From contig JACZTB010000005.1 in assembly GCA_022573895.1 (NCBI GenBank), forward strand, positions 15,909 through 47,908: 32,000 nt of DNA, given 5' to 3'. Shown here piece after piece: positions 1 through 8,156 of this stretch. The stretch's first letter is position 1. Each line of letters opens with the position of its first letter. The notes under the pieces were generated by a model. It was not told the origin of the DNA. It did no database searches and saw only the letters and a program-made list of their open reading frames with translations. This DNA comes from Nitrososphaerota archaeon. Its GTDB lineage: Archaea > Thermoproteota > Nitrososphaeria > Nitrososphaerales > Nitrosopumilaceae. The translations under genes were made by a program, and so were the position numbers.

Positions 1-1
1 T

Positions 2-637
2 ATCTGCAAAAGAAAACTAAAAGAAAAAACATTGGCAATTATAATGCCAGATACGTCAATTACACCAAAAATAGAAACTGAAGATGCACTCAAAATGATT
101 TCATTAACAGGAATAGAACACAAATTAATTGATATCAAGCCAATTGTAAACGAATACACAATGTATCTTGAACCAAATGAAAAGTCCAGAGGAAATCTTC
201 GTGCAAGAGTTAGAACCAATATTTTGTATTATTATGCAAATATCAAAGACTATCTAGTTTTAGGTTCAAGTGATAAAAGTGAAAATCTAATTGGATATTT
301 CACAAAGTTTGGGGATGGTGCAGCTGATATTACTCCAATTATTTCACTATACAAACTCCAAGTAAGAGAGATTGCAAAGTATCTCGGAGTGCCAGAAAAT
401 ATTATTTCAAAAAAGAGCAGCCCACATTTATGGAAAGAACATGAAGCAGAAGAAGAATTAGGAGCATCATATGAAGAAATAGATTCTATTCTGTATTGCT
501 TGTCTAACAAAAAACTATCAGTTGAGGAAACATCCAGTATTACTCAAATTGAAAAATCAATTGTAGAAAAAATCCATAAATTAAACATAAACAGCGAACA
601 TAAAAGATTGTCGGCACAAAAACCAGACAGAGAATAA
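2..637 (+). CDS. nadE: NH3-dependent NAD+ synthetase, C-terminal part (5' end lies left of the window)
   Basis: The frame is open from position 2 to the stop at 635-637, with no stop upstream of the listed Met at 32. It contains SSDKSENLIGYFTKFGDGAADITPI, the conserved NAD synthetase GYxTxxGDGxxDxxPI segment. Confidence 0.8.
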   Translation: MCKRKLKEKTLAIIMPDTSITPKIETEDALKMISLTGIEHKLIDIKPIVNEYTMYLEPNEKSRGNLRARVRTNILYYYANIKDYLVLGSSDKSENLIGYFTKFGDGAADITPIISLYKLQVREIAKYLGVPENIISKKSSPHLWKEHEAEEELGASYEEIDSILYCLSNKKLSVEETSSITQIEKSIVEKIHKLNINSEHKRLSAQKPDRE

Positions 638-639
638 GG

Positions 640-2025
640 ATGAAACTTCAAGATACATTATCAAATTCAGAACAAGAATTAGATGTTTCAAAAAAAGTTA
701 GAATTTACCTTTGTGGGATTACAGTTAATGACGAATCACACATTGGCCATGCAAGAACGATCATAGTTTTTGACGTGCTAAGAAAATATCTGGAGGAAAA
801 GGGGATAGAAATTGAGTTTATTCAGAATTTTACGGATGTAGATGATAAAATCATAAATCGTGCACAAACAGAAAATACCACCGCCGAAACAATCAGTACA
901 AGATACATTGAAAATTATTTCAGAGATTTTGATGGACTAAATGTTAAGCGTGCAACAGATTATCCAAAAGCTACAGAGCACATAGGAGATATTATCAAAT
1001 TCATTGAAAAGTTAATTGAAAAACAAATTGCATACACTACTAAAAATGGTGTCTATTTTTCAGTATCAAAATTCCCTGAATATGGAAAGTTATCAAAAAA
1101 GAAAATAGACGAACTCCAATCAGGAGCAAGAATCGAAATAGATGAAGCAAAAAAGGATCCATTGGATTTTGCAGTGTGGAAATTTTCAGATGTTGAACCT
1201 ACATGGGATAGTCCATGGGGAAAAGGCAGACCAGGGTGGCACATAGAATGCTCTGCAATGAGCATAAAGTATCTTGGAGAAAACTTTGACATTCATGGTG
1301 GTGGAAGAGACCTAATATTTCCTCATCATGAAAATGAGATTGCGCAATCTGAATCATTCACAGGATCTCAATTTGCAAAAATTTGGATTCATGTTGGGAT
1401 GGTAACGATAAATGGAGAAAAGATGTCAAAATCGCTGGGAAATGTAAAGTCAATCAAACATGTTTTAGAAAATTGGGGCCCCAACATCATAAGATTATTC
1501 TGCTTATCAGGACATTACTCAAAACCAATTGATTATTCAGAAGAGTTGTTAAAAGAGAACCTTACAAAATGGCGGCAGGCAGAAATATGTTATTATGAAT
1601 TAATTCATGCGAATAGTGAAAATCGTAAAATCAGTCCAACTATTGAAAAAATAGGTACTGAATTTGACAATGCAATGGAAGATAATTTTAACACACATCT
1701 TGCATTATCGGCATTTTTCAAACTTGTAAAAGAAGTCAATAGATTAGCAGCTGATGAAAAACTTGGGAAAGCCGATGCGTTGATAATCAAAACAGAGTTT
1801 GAAAGAATGTTAGAGATTCTAGGATTAACTATACCAGAAATGACAGAAGATGAAAAACAGAAAATTGATAATTTAATTGCAAGTAGAGAACAACTTAGGA
1901 ATGAAAAACAATTTGAAGAGGCAGATAAAATTAGAGGTAGACTCAATGAAATGAATATCGAGTTAATTGATCACAAAGGAAGAACGATCTGGATGAAAAA
2001 AGAAAATATTAAAGCTGAAAATTAA
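640..2025 (+). CDS. cysS: cysteinyl-tRNA synthetase
   Basis: Class I aaRS signatures HIGH (SHIGHARTI) and KMSKS (GEKMSKSLGN). The CysRS-typical WDSPWGKGRPGWHIECSAM block is present. Length of 461 aa is typical. Confidence 0.95.
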   Translation: MKLQDTLSNSEQELDVSKKVRIYLCGITVNDESHIGHARTIIVFDVLRKYLEEKGIEIEFIQNFTDVDDKIINRAQTENTTAETISTRYIENYFRDFDGLNVKRATDYPKATEHIGDIIKFIEKLIEKQIAYTTKNGVYFSVSKFPEYGKLSKKKIDELQSGARIEIDEAKKDPLDFAVWKFSDVEPTWDSPWGKGRPGWHIECSAMSIKYLGENFDIHGGGRDLIFPHHENEIAQSESFTGSQFAKIWIHVGMVTINGEKMSKSLGNVKSIKHVLENWGPNIIRLFCLSGHYSKPIDYSEELLKENLTKWRQAEICYYELIHANSENRKISPTIEKIGTEFDNAMEDNFNTHLALSAFFKLVKEVNRLAADEKLGKADALIIKTEFERMLEILGLTIPEMTEDEKQKIDNLIASREQLRNEKQFEEADKIRGRLNEMNIELIDHKGRTIWMKKENIKAEN

Positions 2026-2033
2026 AAACTAGG

Positions 2034-2684
2034 TTAACTATTAAGATCATCAATAAAATTTTTAGCGTACTGTTTTGTAGAGATTTCTTTTAAACTTTCT
2101 TTGATTGAATTTAATATATCATCATAAGATTCGCCAAACAAAGTTTGTAAGACTTGTTTAAGAGCATCTGGATTGTCATAACAATCATCTAAGGAAATAT
2201 TATAATCCTTGTGTAACATCATGATTACTTTTTCTAATTCATCATTTCCTAATTCTAACAAAGTATTTTTTAAAGATAATGTAATCATTGTTTTTTGCAT
2301 ATTTTCCAATTCATCTTTTGCTGGCAAACATAATAGATGAGTTTTTTGAATTATTTCATCAATATCTATAGGCTCATGAAACACTGCAGAAGGATGTAAT
2401 CTATTTAATGTTAATTCTGTGTTTAATTTCATTTTCTCTACGATCATAAAGACAATTGCATTAGGGTTTAGTTCTTTTATTTTTTGTAATGCATCAATCC
2501 CACTATATACTGGCATGGAATCATCAAGAAAAATTACATCTGGTTTTAGTTTTTGATACAAAAATATTGCTTCTTGGCCATTGTATCCCTTACCGACTAT
2601 CTTGATTTTATGACTTGTCAATAAATCACAAAAAAGATGTAGAGTTTCTTTATCATCATCAACAACAACTGCTCTAATCGTCAT
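2034..2684 (-). CDS. response-regulator-like protein: N-terminal receiver (REC) domain plus ~90-aa uncharacterised helical C-terminal domain
   Basis: CheY-like pattern: VVVDDD acidic pocket and phospho-acceptor context VIFLDDSMP. GGAGG lies 8 nt upstream of the ATG, inside a 30-nt spacer after the upstream gene. Confidence 0.8.
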   Translation of the reverse strand: MTIRAVVVDDDKETLHLFCDLLTSHKIKIVGKGYNGQEAIFLYQKLKPDVIFLDDSMPVYSGIDALQKIKELNPNAIVFMIVEKMKLNTELTLNRLHPSAVFHEPIDIDEIIQKTHLLCLPAKDELENMQKTMITLSLKNTLLELGNDELEKVIMMLHKDYNISLDDCYDNPDALKQVLQTLFGESYDDILNSIKESLKEISTKQYAKNFIDDLNS

Positions 2685-2714
2685 CTTTGAAACCTCCTAT
2701 CATGTTGATTACTA

Positions 2715-3896
2715 TTAGTTTTGGCATTCTACCTCACTTGCTTTTATTCCATCATACAGCCCAGCTATTGCATCAATCATGCATTCCGAGATATATGGGA
2801 AATTTGTTTCAATAACTGGATACATTAAATCGTCAGGAGCTGATGAGTGCGCAAGGCCTAATGCATGACCAAATTCATGCATCATTATAATAGATAATTG
2901 CTCGTTTGAAATAGAATTTACATCATAAATAATAATATGACTTTTTAATATCTCGCCTTTATCTACAAGTGATTTGGTATAACCAGAATACCCATCAGGA
3001 TCACTAAGAGATAACAATTCAACAGTTATGTCTCCTAATAGTCTCTTTGAACTAGAAAATTCAAAATTTATTGGTATCTGCAATTCTGTATTTTGCTGTG
3101 CAGCTATTTGTAATGCACCAACCCAACCTTTGTAATATGTAGATGTAGTTCCCTTTGGGCCTTTATGAGTAAGTAAATTATCAATGTCTATAGTTTCTTC
3201 TGAGTTAATGACGCTTTTAATTACATCTATTCTTTCTTCAGTAGCTAATTTATTATCCAGAATATTTACATGAAGAGCTTGGCTTCCAGCTAGCATCCAT
3301 GGGAACCATGTTGCCAGTGTATCACCACGTAAGTTTTGTATCAGATATTTTGATTTAGCATGTTCACCTACAAGCATTACATAATCGTCTTCCAAACTAT
3401 TTTCATAAAAAGTAAAACCTCCAACAAACCCTCCGATTACAAGACCCGCAATAGCTATTGTTGAATAATATTTTTTCATCATAACAAAGCTTATTTTTTC
3501 TCTTGAATCGACTTTTTTAGTTAGAAATTCCTTTTCTTTTTTTAATTCTAGTAAGTTTTGTGATTCTGAAGTAAGCTGAGTTTGAAGTTTTATGTTTGAT
3601 TTTTCTAATTCATGAATTTTTTTATCTGTAAGTATCTGCATTTCGAGTTTTTCTTTTTCTTTTTCTAATTCTGTAATCCTATGTTGAAGTTTTTGATTAA
3701 CTTTCATATCTTGTTCTATTTTATCTGAATAAGGTTGTTCAGCAAATGGATTTTCTACATTCAATTTTGATTTTTCAAGAATCAATTCAATTTTGTTTAC
3801 TTTTTCTCGAATTGCTCTATTGTAGTTTTTTAAGTCTATACCACATTCGTCCCAGTTTTTGAATAGTTCTTTTTTATCAAACTCTACATCTCCCAT
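2715..3896 (-). CDS. membrane-anchored matrixin-like zinc metalloprotease (metzincin) with N-terminal coiled-coil
   Basis: HEFGHALGLAH (HExxHxxGxxH, nt 2847-2879) is followed by a Met-turn candidate (DDLMYP). One predicted TM helix (YYSTIAIAGLVIGGFVGGFTFY). The N-terminal ~130 aa are E/K/L-rich heptad-like sequence. Confidence 0.75.
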   Translation of the reverse strand: MGDVEFDKKELFKNWDECGIDLKNYNRAIREKVNKIELILEKSKLNVENPFAEQPYSDKIEQDMKVNQKLQHRITELEKEKEKLEMQILTDKKIHELEKSNIKLQTQLTSESQNLLELKKEKEFLTKKVDSREKISFVMMKKYYSTIAIAGLVIGGFVGGFTFYENSLEDDYVMLVGEHAKSKYLIQNLRGDTLATWFPWMLAGSQALHVNILDNKLATEERIDVIKSVINSEETIDIDNLLTHKGPKGTTSTYYKGWVGALQIAAQQNTELQIPINFEFSSSKRLLGDITVELLSLSDPDGYSGYTKSLVDKGEILKSHIIIYDVNSISNEQLSIIMMHEFGHALGLAHSSAPDDLMYPVIETNFPYISECMIDAIAGLYDGIKASEVECQN

Positions 3897-4030
3897 TATT
3901 TGTAAGAAAAAGTATTGTTATATGAGAACTAGTGTGTAATTTTTGAGAAATACATTAGTTAGACATGGTGAAAGAGTTCACACGTAAATGTCAATAATTA
4001 ATCTCACGCACAAAAATAATTAGTATTTAA

Positions 4031-4110
4031 TCTCGATCGAATTTCTGATCAATCCGATCAAAAATATTTTACTCTATATGGATAAATCTGTCCTCCAAAC
4101 TGATCGATCA
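4031..4110 (+). promoter_or_regulatory. promoter/operator region of the TrmB-like gene: GATC-containing palindromes plus a TATA-like element
   Basis: Palindromes TCGATCGA (4033-4040), TGATCA (4046-4051), CGATCA (4055-4060) and TGATCGATCA (4101-4110). A TATA-like CTCTATATGG lies at 4072-4081, about 36 nt before the ATG at 4113. That places the last palindrome at the expected transcription start. Confidence 0.35.
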
Positions 4111-4112
4111 CA

Positions 4113-4979
4113 ATGAGAAGAATACAGAATCAAGCATCTCAGGCTTCAATTTTCACAGATGACCCAGATGCTTCAGTGAATGAATATAGAGAAGCCTTGG
4201 AAAAGATTCAACTCCAATTATCAGATTTCGGATTAAGCTCAAACCAATGTAAGGTCTACATCTATCTTGGCAAATATGGCTCTAGAACGGCACCAGATGT
4301 ATCCAAGGTCTTAAAGTTACCAAGAACTGAAACATACAAACTTTTGGCTGCTTTACAGAATAAAGGAGTGGTTTCAGCATCATTTCAGCACCCTATACAA
4401 TTTTCAGCTATACCACTAATGGATGCAATACATTCGTTAATTAATACAGAAAAAGAGCGTATAAAAAAATTAGAGAGTCAAAAATCAGAATTAAGTAAAC
4501 TGTGGGACAATATACCACAATTCCATAATGAGGTAGAAAAAAAGGATGATGATAAATTCCAAATACTTCAGGGTGAAAACCAAATTCATAGTAAAATCAA
4601 TGATATGATTGTCAATTCAAAAAATGAATTACTTATAATTGGAAATGAAAAAGATTTTCTAAAATTCTATCAAGCAAACTTTTTAGAGCCACTGGATAAA
4701 TCCCCAGTTGAACTAAAAGTATTAACAAACTCTTCAGATAAAACATTATACGTATTTGATGAAATGGATAGAACAAATGTTAAAAAATTACCTACTTCAA
4801 TAAATGGAAATCTCTGCTTTGTTGTAAAAGATGATGATGAAGTATTATTTTACATGAAGAATTATGAATCAGGAAAAGAAAAAGTCACTGCATTATGGAC
4901 AAATTCAACTACAATGATTTATTCTAAAAAATTATTATTCAGTACCCTGTGGTCAAAATCAAAGAGTATACCACTTTAG
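4113..4979 (+). CDS. TrmB-family winged-helix transcriptional regulator
   Basis: N-terminal wHTH matches the TrmB pattern (LSSNQCKVYIYLGKYGSRTAPDVSKVLKLPRTETYKLLAALQNKGVV....PIQFSAIP). It is followed by a coiled-coil linker and a ~150-aa C-terminal domain. Confidence 0.7.
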   Translation: MRRIQNQASQASIFTDDPDASVNEYREALEKIQLQLSDFGLSSNQCKVYIYLGKYGSRTAPDVSKVLKLPRTETYKLLAALQNKGVVSASFQHPIQFSAIPLMDAIHSLINTEKERIKKLESQKSELSKLWDNIPQFHNEVEKKDDDKFQILQGENQIHSKINDMIVNSKNELLIIGNEKDFLKFYQANFLEPLDKSPVELKVLTNSSDKTLYVFDEMDRTNVKKLPTSINGNLCFVVKDDDEVLFYMKNYESGKEKVTALWTNSTTMIYSKKLLFSTLWSKSKSIPL

Positions 4980-5013
4980 GAACTAATGTAGGAAATTTCA
5001 AACTTAGTTTACA

Positions 5014-5083
5014 CTAATTAGTTTGTGCTAATTATTTTTATTCCTAAAAAAATTAGGAGGGTCTAATTAGTTGCATCTAATTT
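5014..5083. repeat. two copies of a 20-nt direct repeat CTAATTAGTT-N4-CTAATT, 49 nt apart, flanking a CCTAA-A5-TTAGG palindrome
   Basis: 5014-5033 ctaattagtttgtgctaatt and 5063-5082 ctaattagttgcatctaatt. The palindrome is at 5043-5057. All lie upstream of a TATA-like TTTAATAG (5092-5099), which sits ~26 nt before the ATG at 5121. Confidence 0.5.
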
Positions 5084-5120
5084 TCACATTGTTTAATAGA
5101 ATTAAAAACTAATACAACAT

Positions 5121-5429
5121 ATGAATGGGTGGAACAAATTTTGGAAATGGTATGAGAACAAAATCTTAGGAAGCATAATTATAATTGCAGTAATACAGTT
5201 TATTCAAATTCCACATATGGTATGGAATGCAGATCTTATGTTAGAGGTAGGAATTATATCTAGAGTCCATCCAATTATTGATTGGTTGTTATACGGAGTA
5301 GACTTGATTGAAATTATTTCAATTATCAATGTTGGAATGATAATGTTTAGTCTATTTAAGAAAAGAATGGCCAGAAAAAAGCAAGTTATAGTAACGAGTC
5401 CATTTTCTAGTCTTTCGCTTCCAAAATAA
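5121..5429 (+). CDS. small integral membrane protein, function unknown
   Basis: 102-aa ORF with 2-3 hydrophobic helices and a basic tail (KKRMARKK). A TATA-like element lies ~26 nt upstream, consistent with a leaderless mRNA. Confidence 0.45.
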   Translation: MNGWNKFWKWYENKILGSIIIIAVIQFIQIPHMVWNADLMLEVGIISRVHPIIDWLLYGVDLIEIISIINVGMIMFSLFKKRMARKKQVIVTSPFSSLSLPK

Positions 5430-5472
5430 TGCGTTGTAAGAAGGATTTCTATTCCAAACTTTTAATTAAAAT

Positions 5473-6630
5473 CTAAAAGAAATCAGACAGAGTTTTTTGC
5501 CTAATTAATTTTGAGATGTTTCCATGAGAGAGCCATTCCGATCTGCTAATACTCATCTTATTTGATGCCAAAATAAGGGCATGATCAAAGTTGTCAGATA
5601 TTTCGGGGTTTTGCTTCATGGTCTCACGAATACCTTCACGAATTTGCCAAACACCAACAGGAATAGCATATTCGGGTCTAATTTCTCTTAGAATCACAAC
5701 TCCTGCTTGAATTTTCTTTTTATACAAATATTCCACAACACCCAATTTGGCTGCAAAATAAGCACCAGCGATAGCAGGTGGGTGATTAATTCCACGAGCA
5801 TCCTCATAATCAGACCCAAATCCCATTATTCCGTTTGAATACCAAGCCTCAATCATTTCATATATCCATCGATGTGGAAACAAGACAACAGAAAAAAGAT
5901 TTCCTAAATGTCCATATGAAAAGACTCTACACGAATCAATCAAATTATAATCTAAAATTTCGTCTGATAAATATTTAGAAATAATATCATCAGTTGCAGT
6001 GATGCTCCATCTAGTTGGAACTAGTTTTCTTTTTTGTCCTAGCATGCCAATACTAAAGCATTTTTGAATTTTTGAAATTTCAATTCCAGAATTATATAAA
6101 TTTAAAACTGCATCATGGGCTTTCAAGTCCTTATCATAGAATATCTTTTCAATTGATTTTACAGAAGATGTTCCAGAAAATTTTGCAGTTTTAATCTGGC
6201 CAATTGGACCAAAAGGAGCACTTTCATCATCAAGAGATATGCTTGGAGATAGCGCCTTTTCAAATATCAAATCAGAATCAGTTGGCTTTGAAGACATTGT
6301 AACTTCTTGAAGATTTTCAATGTATCTCCCATCTGTTTGGTCAATTGGAATTTTTTGTATCCCTCGAACTAAATTTAATCTGAAATTAACAATTTCCTCA
6401 AGAGATTTTCCTTTCCATTTTTCTGGATTGTCAAGTAGACTTGTGTCGCCATGGATTGGTGGAACCAATGGGCCAACAAAGACTTTGGGATAATTATAAG
6501 AACCTACAAAAACAGATGGTGGGCTGGTACCGCTAATGGAATCAGAAGAAAACAGATTCCCATATTTTGAGAGAGTTTCATGCCATTTTGCTAAAATTGC
6601 ACGTCGTATATCTTGAGAATCAGAAGACAT
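5473..6630 (-). CDS. nreA: NreA-like archaeal DNA repair protein with C-terminal PCNA-interacting (PIP) box
   Basis: SPPSVFVGSYNYPKVFVGPLVPP matches my recollection of the conserved N-terminal block of the archaeal Nre (DUF650/DUF651) family. The last 8 residues, QKTLSDFF (nt 5476-5499), fit the PIP consensus Qxx[LIM]xx[FY][FY]. Confidence 0.6.
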   Translation of the reverse strand: MSSDSQDIRRAILAKWHETLSKYGNLFSSDSISGTSPPSVFVGSYNYPKVFVGPLVPPIHGDTSLLDNPEKWKGKSLEEIVNFRLNLVRGIQKIPIDQTDGRYIENLQEVTMSSKPTDSDLIFEKALSPSISLDDESAPFGPIGQIKTAKFSGTSSVKSIEKIFYDKDLKAHDAVLNLYNSGIEISKIQKCFSIGMLGQKRKLVPTRWSITATDDIISKYLSDEILDYNLIDSCRVFSYGHLGNLFSVVLFPHRWIYEMIEAWYSNGIMGFGSDYEDARGINHPPAIAGAYFAAKLGVVEYLYKKKIQAGVVILREIRPEYAIPVGVWQIREGIRETMKQNPEISDNFDHALILASNKMSISRSEWLSHGNISKLIRQKTLSDFF

Positions 6631-6682
6631 GTATTCTTAGACCTCTTAGAATACTTAAGTTCATAATTATTATGCTTAAATC

Positions 6683-7036
6683 ATGAAGATCAGCCAGATA
6701 TTAAAGGAAACAACTATCCCGCAAATAACTAACCGTTTAATTAAATTTAGAGATGACACAAATGAAGTAATTGGAAAGTCTGCTCTGGGGGTATTAGCGT
6801 GTGAGAGTGATGATCCATCTGTTCATTTGAGTAGAGAAAGATTGTATGTAAGTCATTATCAAATAGTGGAATCTTATGGAATAAAGGACGAAAAAGTATA
6901 CCCATATCTTGCAGGAAATAATTTTTTTTGGGATTATAATTCAGAGTTATCACTCATTATCAAAACACTTAATGATTCATGTAATTTTACATTCAAGGAA
7001 ATCGGAGAATTTTTGGACATTACATTTGATTTATGA
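6683..7036 (+). CDS. hypothetical protein (117 aa)
   Basis: ORF only; no recognisable motif. It is divergent from the nreA-like gene. Confidence 0.4.
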   Translation: MKISQILKETTIPQITNRLIKFRDDTNEVIGKSALGVLACESDDPSVHLSRERLYVSHYQIVESYGIKDEKVYPYLAGNNFFWDYNSELSLIIKTLNDSCNFTFKEIGEFLDITFDL

Positions 7037-7155
7037 AAAAAGCCTATTTGATTAAGGCTTAGATTCTAAACTCTTTTTGTGCCTAGATTATCTCCAGTTA
7101 GTAGGCTTTTCTTGAGTAACTTGCCTGATCAAAGATTTTGACGGTTGATTGACGT

Positions 7156-8112
7156 ATGATGTTTATGGAACAACACCTACCAAACTACATGTCAATTAAG
7201 AGAATAGTCTCTTTTTTGCCCAGTGCAACAGAATTACTTTACGAGTTTGGAGTCCAAGATAATCTCTATGGAGTAACACATGAATGCAAATATCCCCCCG
7301 ATGCAAATTCAAAACCACAGGTAATAAATTCTGTAATTAATCCAGATGAATTAACAAGTAACGAAATCAACACAAAGACTTGTAAATTGTTAAATGATGG
7401 AAAAGATATTTTTGTTTTAAATGAAAAAAATCTCATAAAAGCTGATCCTGATCTTATAATATCACAGGAAACTTGTAAAGTTTGCGCTGCATATACTAAT
7501 CAAGTCAATAAAGCAGTAAAAATTCTTCAAAGAAAACCAATTTTACATTCCATGGATCCGCATAACTTACAAGAAATCATAAATTCTGTTATAGAGTTAG
7601 GTAAAATTTTAGGAAAAGAAATCAAAGCAAAAGAAATCATTGATTCGTTGGAAAAAAGAATTCAAAATATAAGAAAATTACAAAATAACAAGAGGCCGAA
7701 AGTTCTTGCAATTGAATGGATTGAACCATTTTTTACAGCAGGACATTGGGTTCCTGAAATGATACAAATTGCAGGTGGGAATAATATGATTAGTAAAATT
7801 GGGGAGCATTCAAGACGTTTAGACATTCAAGAAATCATCGAGTCAGATCCAGACATGATTATCATGATGCCATGTGGATTTGATACAAAACGTATAATTT
7901 CAGAATACAATAACATATTAAAAGAAAAACCAAAATGGAATTCTCTCAGGGCTGTAAAAAACAATAGAATTTTTGCTGTTGATGCAAATTCGTTTTTCAG
8001 TAAACCTAGCATTAGAACAATTGACGGATTAGAAATTCTTGCCAAAATTATCCAGCCAGAAAATTTTGATTTCCTTAAACTACCTGAAGATTCATTTTCA
8101 CAAATTTCATAG
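7156..8112 (+). CDS. BtuF/FhuD-type (class III) solute-binding protein homologue without signal peptide; cobalamin- or chelate-binding-like
   Basis: RIVSFLPSATELLYEFGVQDNLYGVTHECKYPP is the typical N-terminal block of the periplasmic-binding-protein family used by B12/siderophore ABC importers. The conserved block begins at residue ~16, leaving no room for a signal or lipobox sequence. An alternative start is Met12 (7189). Confidence 0.7.
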   Translation: MMFMEQHLPNYMSIKRIVSFLPSATELLYEFGVQDNLYGVTHECKYPPDANSKPQVINSVINPDELTSNEINTKTCKLLNDGKDIFVLNEKNLIKADPDLIISQETCKVCAAYTNQVNKAVKILQRKPILHSMDPHNLQEIINSVIELGKILGKEIKAKEIIDSLEKRIQNIRKLQNNKRPKVLAIEWIEPFFTAGHWVPEMIQIAGGNNMISKIGEHSRRLDIQEIIESDPDMIIMMPCGFDTKRIISEYNNILKEKPKWNSLRAVKNNRIFAVDANSFFSKPSIRTIDGLEILAKIIQPENFDFLKLPEDSFSQIS

Positions 8113-8156
8113 ATTAGGCACGAGTTTAGGCATTGAAATACTAAAAGTAAGGATAA

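Noticed and set aside
5051-5061. GGAGGG as a Shine-Dalgarno for an unlisted ORF
   Set aside because: It lies 60 nt from the ATG at 5121. The TTG 9 nt downstream opens only a 13-codon frame. The GGAGG is more likely incidental or part of the palindrome and repeat architecture.
7037-7155. Possible cobalamin riboswitch or leader structure upstream of the BtuF-like gene
   Set aside because: Only short hairpins are present (AAGCCT...AGGCTT at ~7041-7061 and GCCTA...TAGGC at ~7081-7106), and these look like the 3' end of the upstream gene. There is no B12-box-like sequence, and cobalamin riboswitches are not established in archaea.
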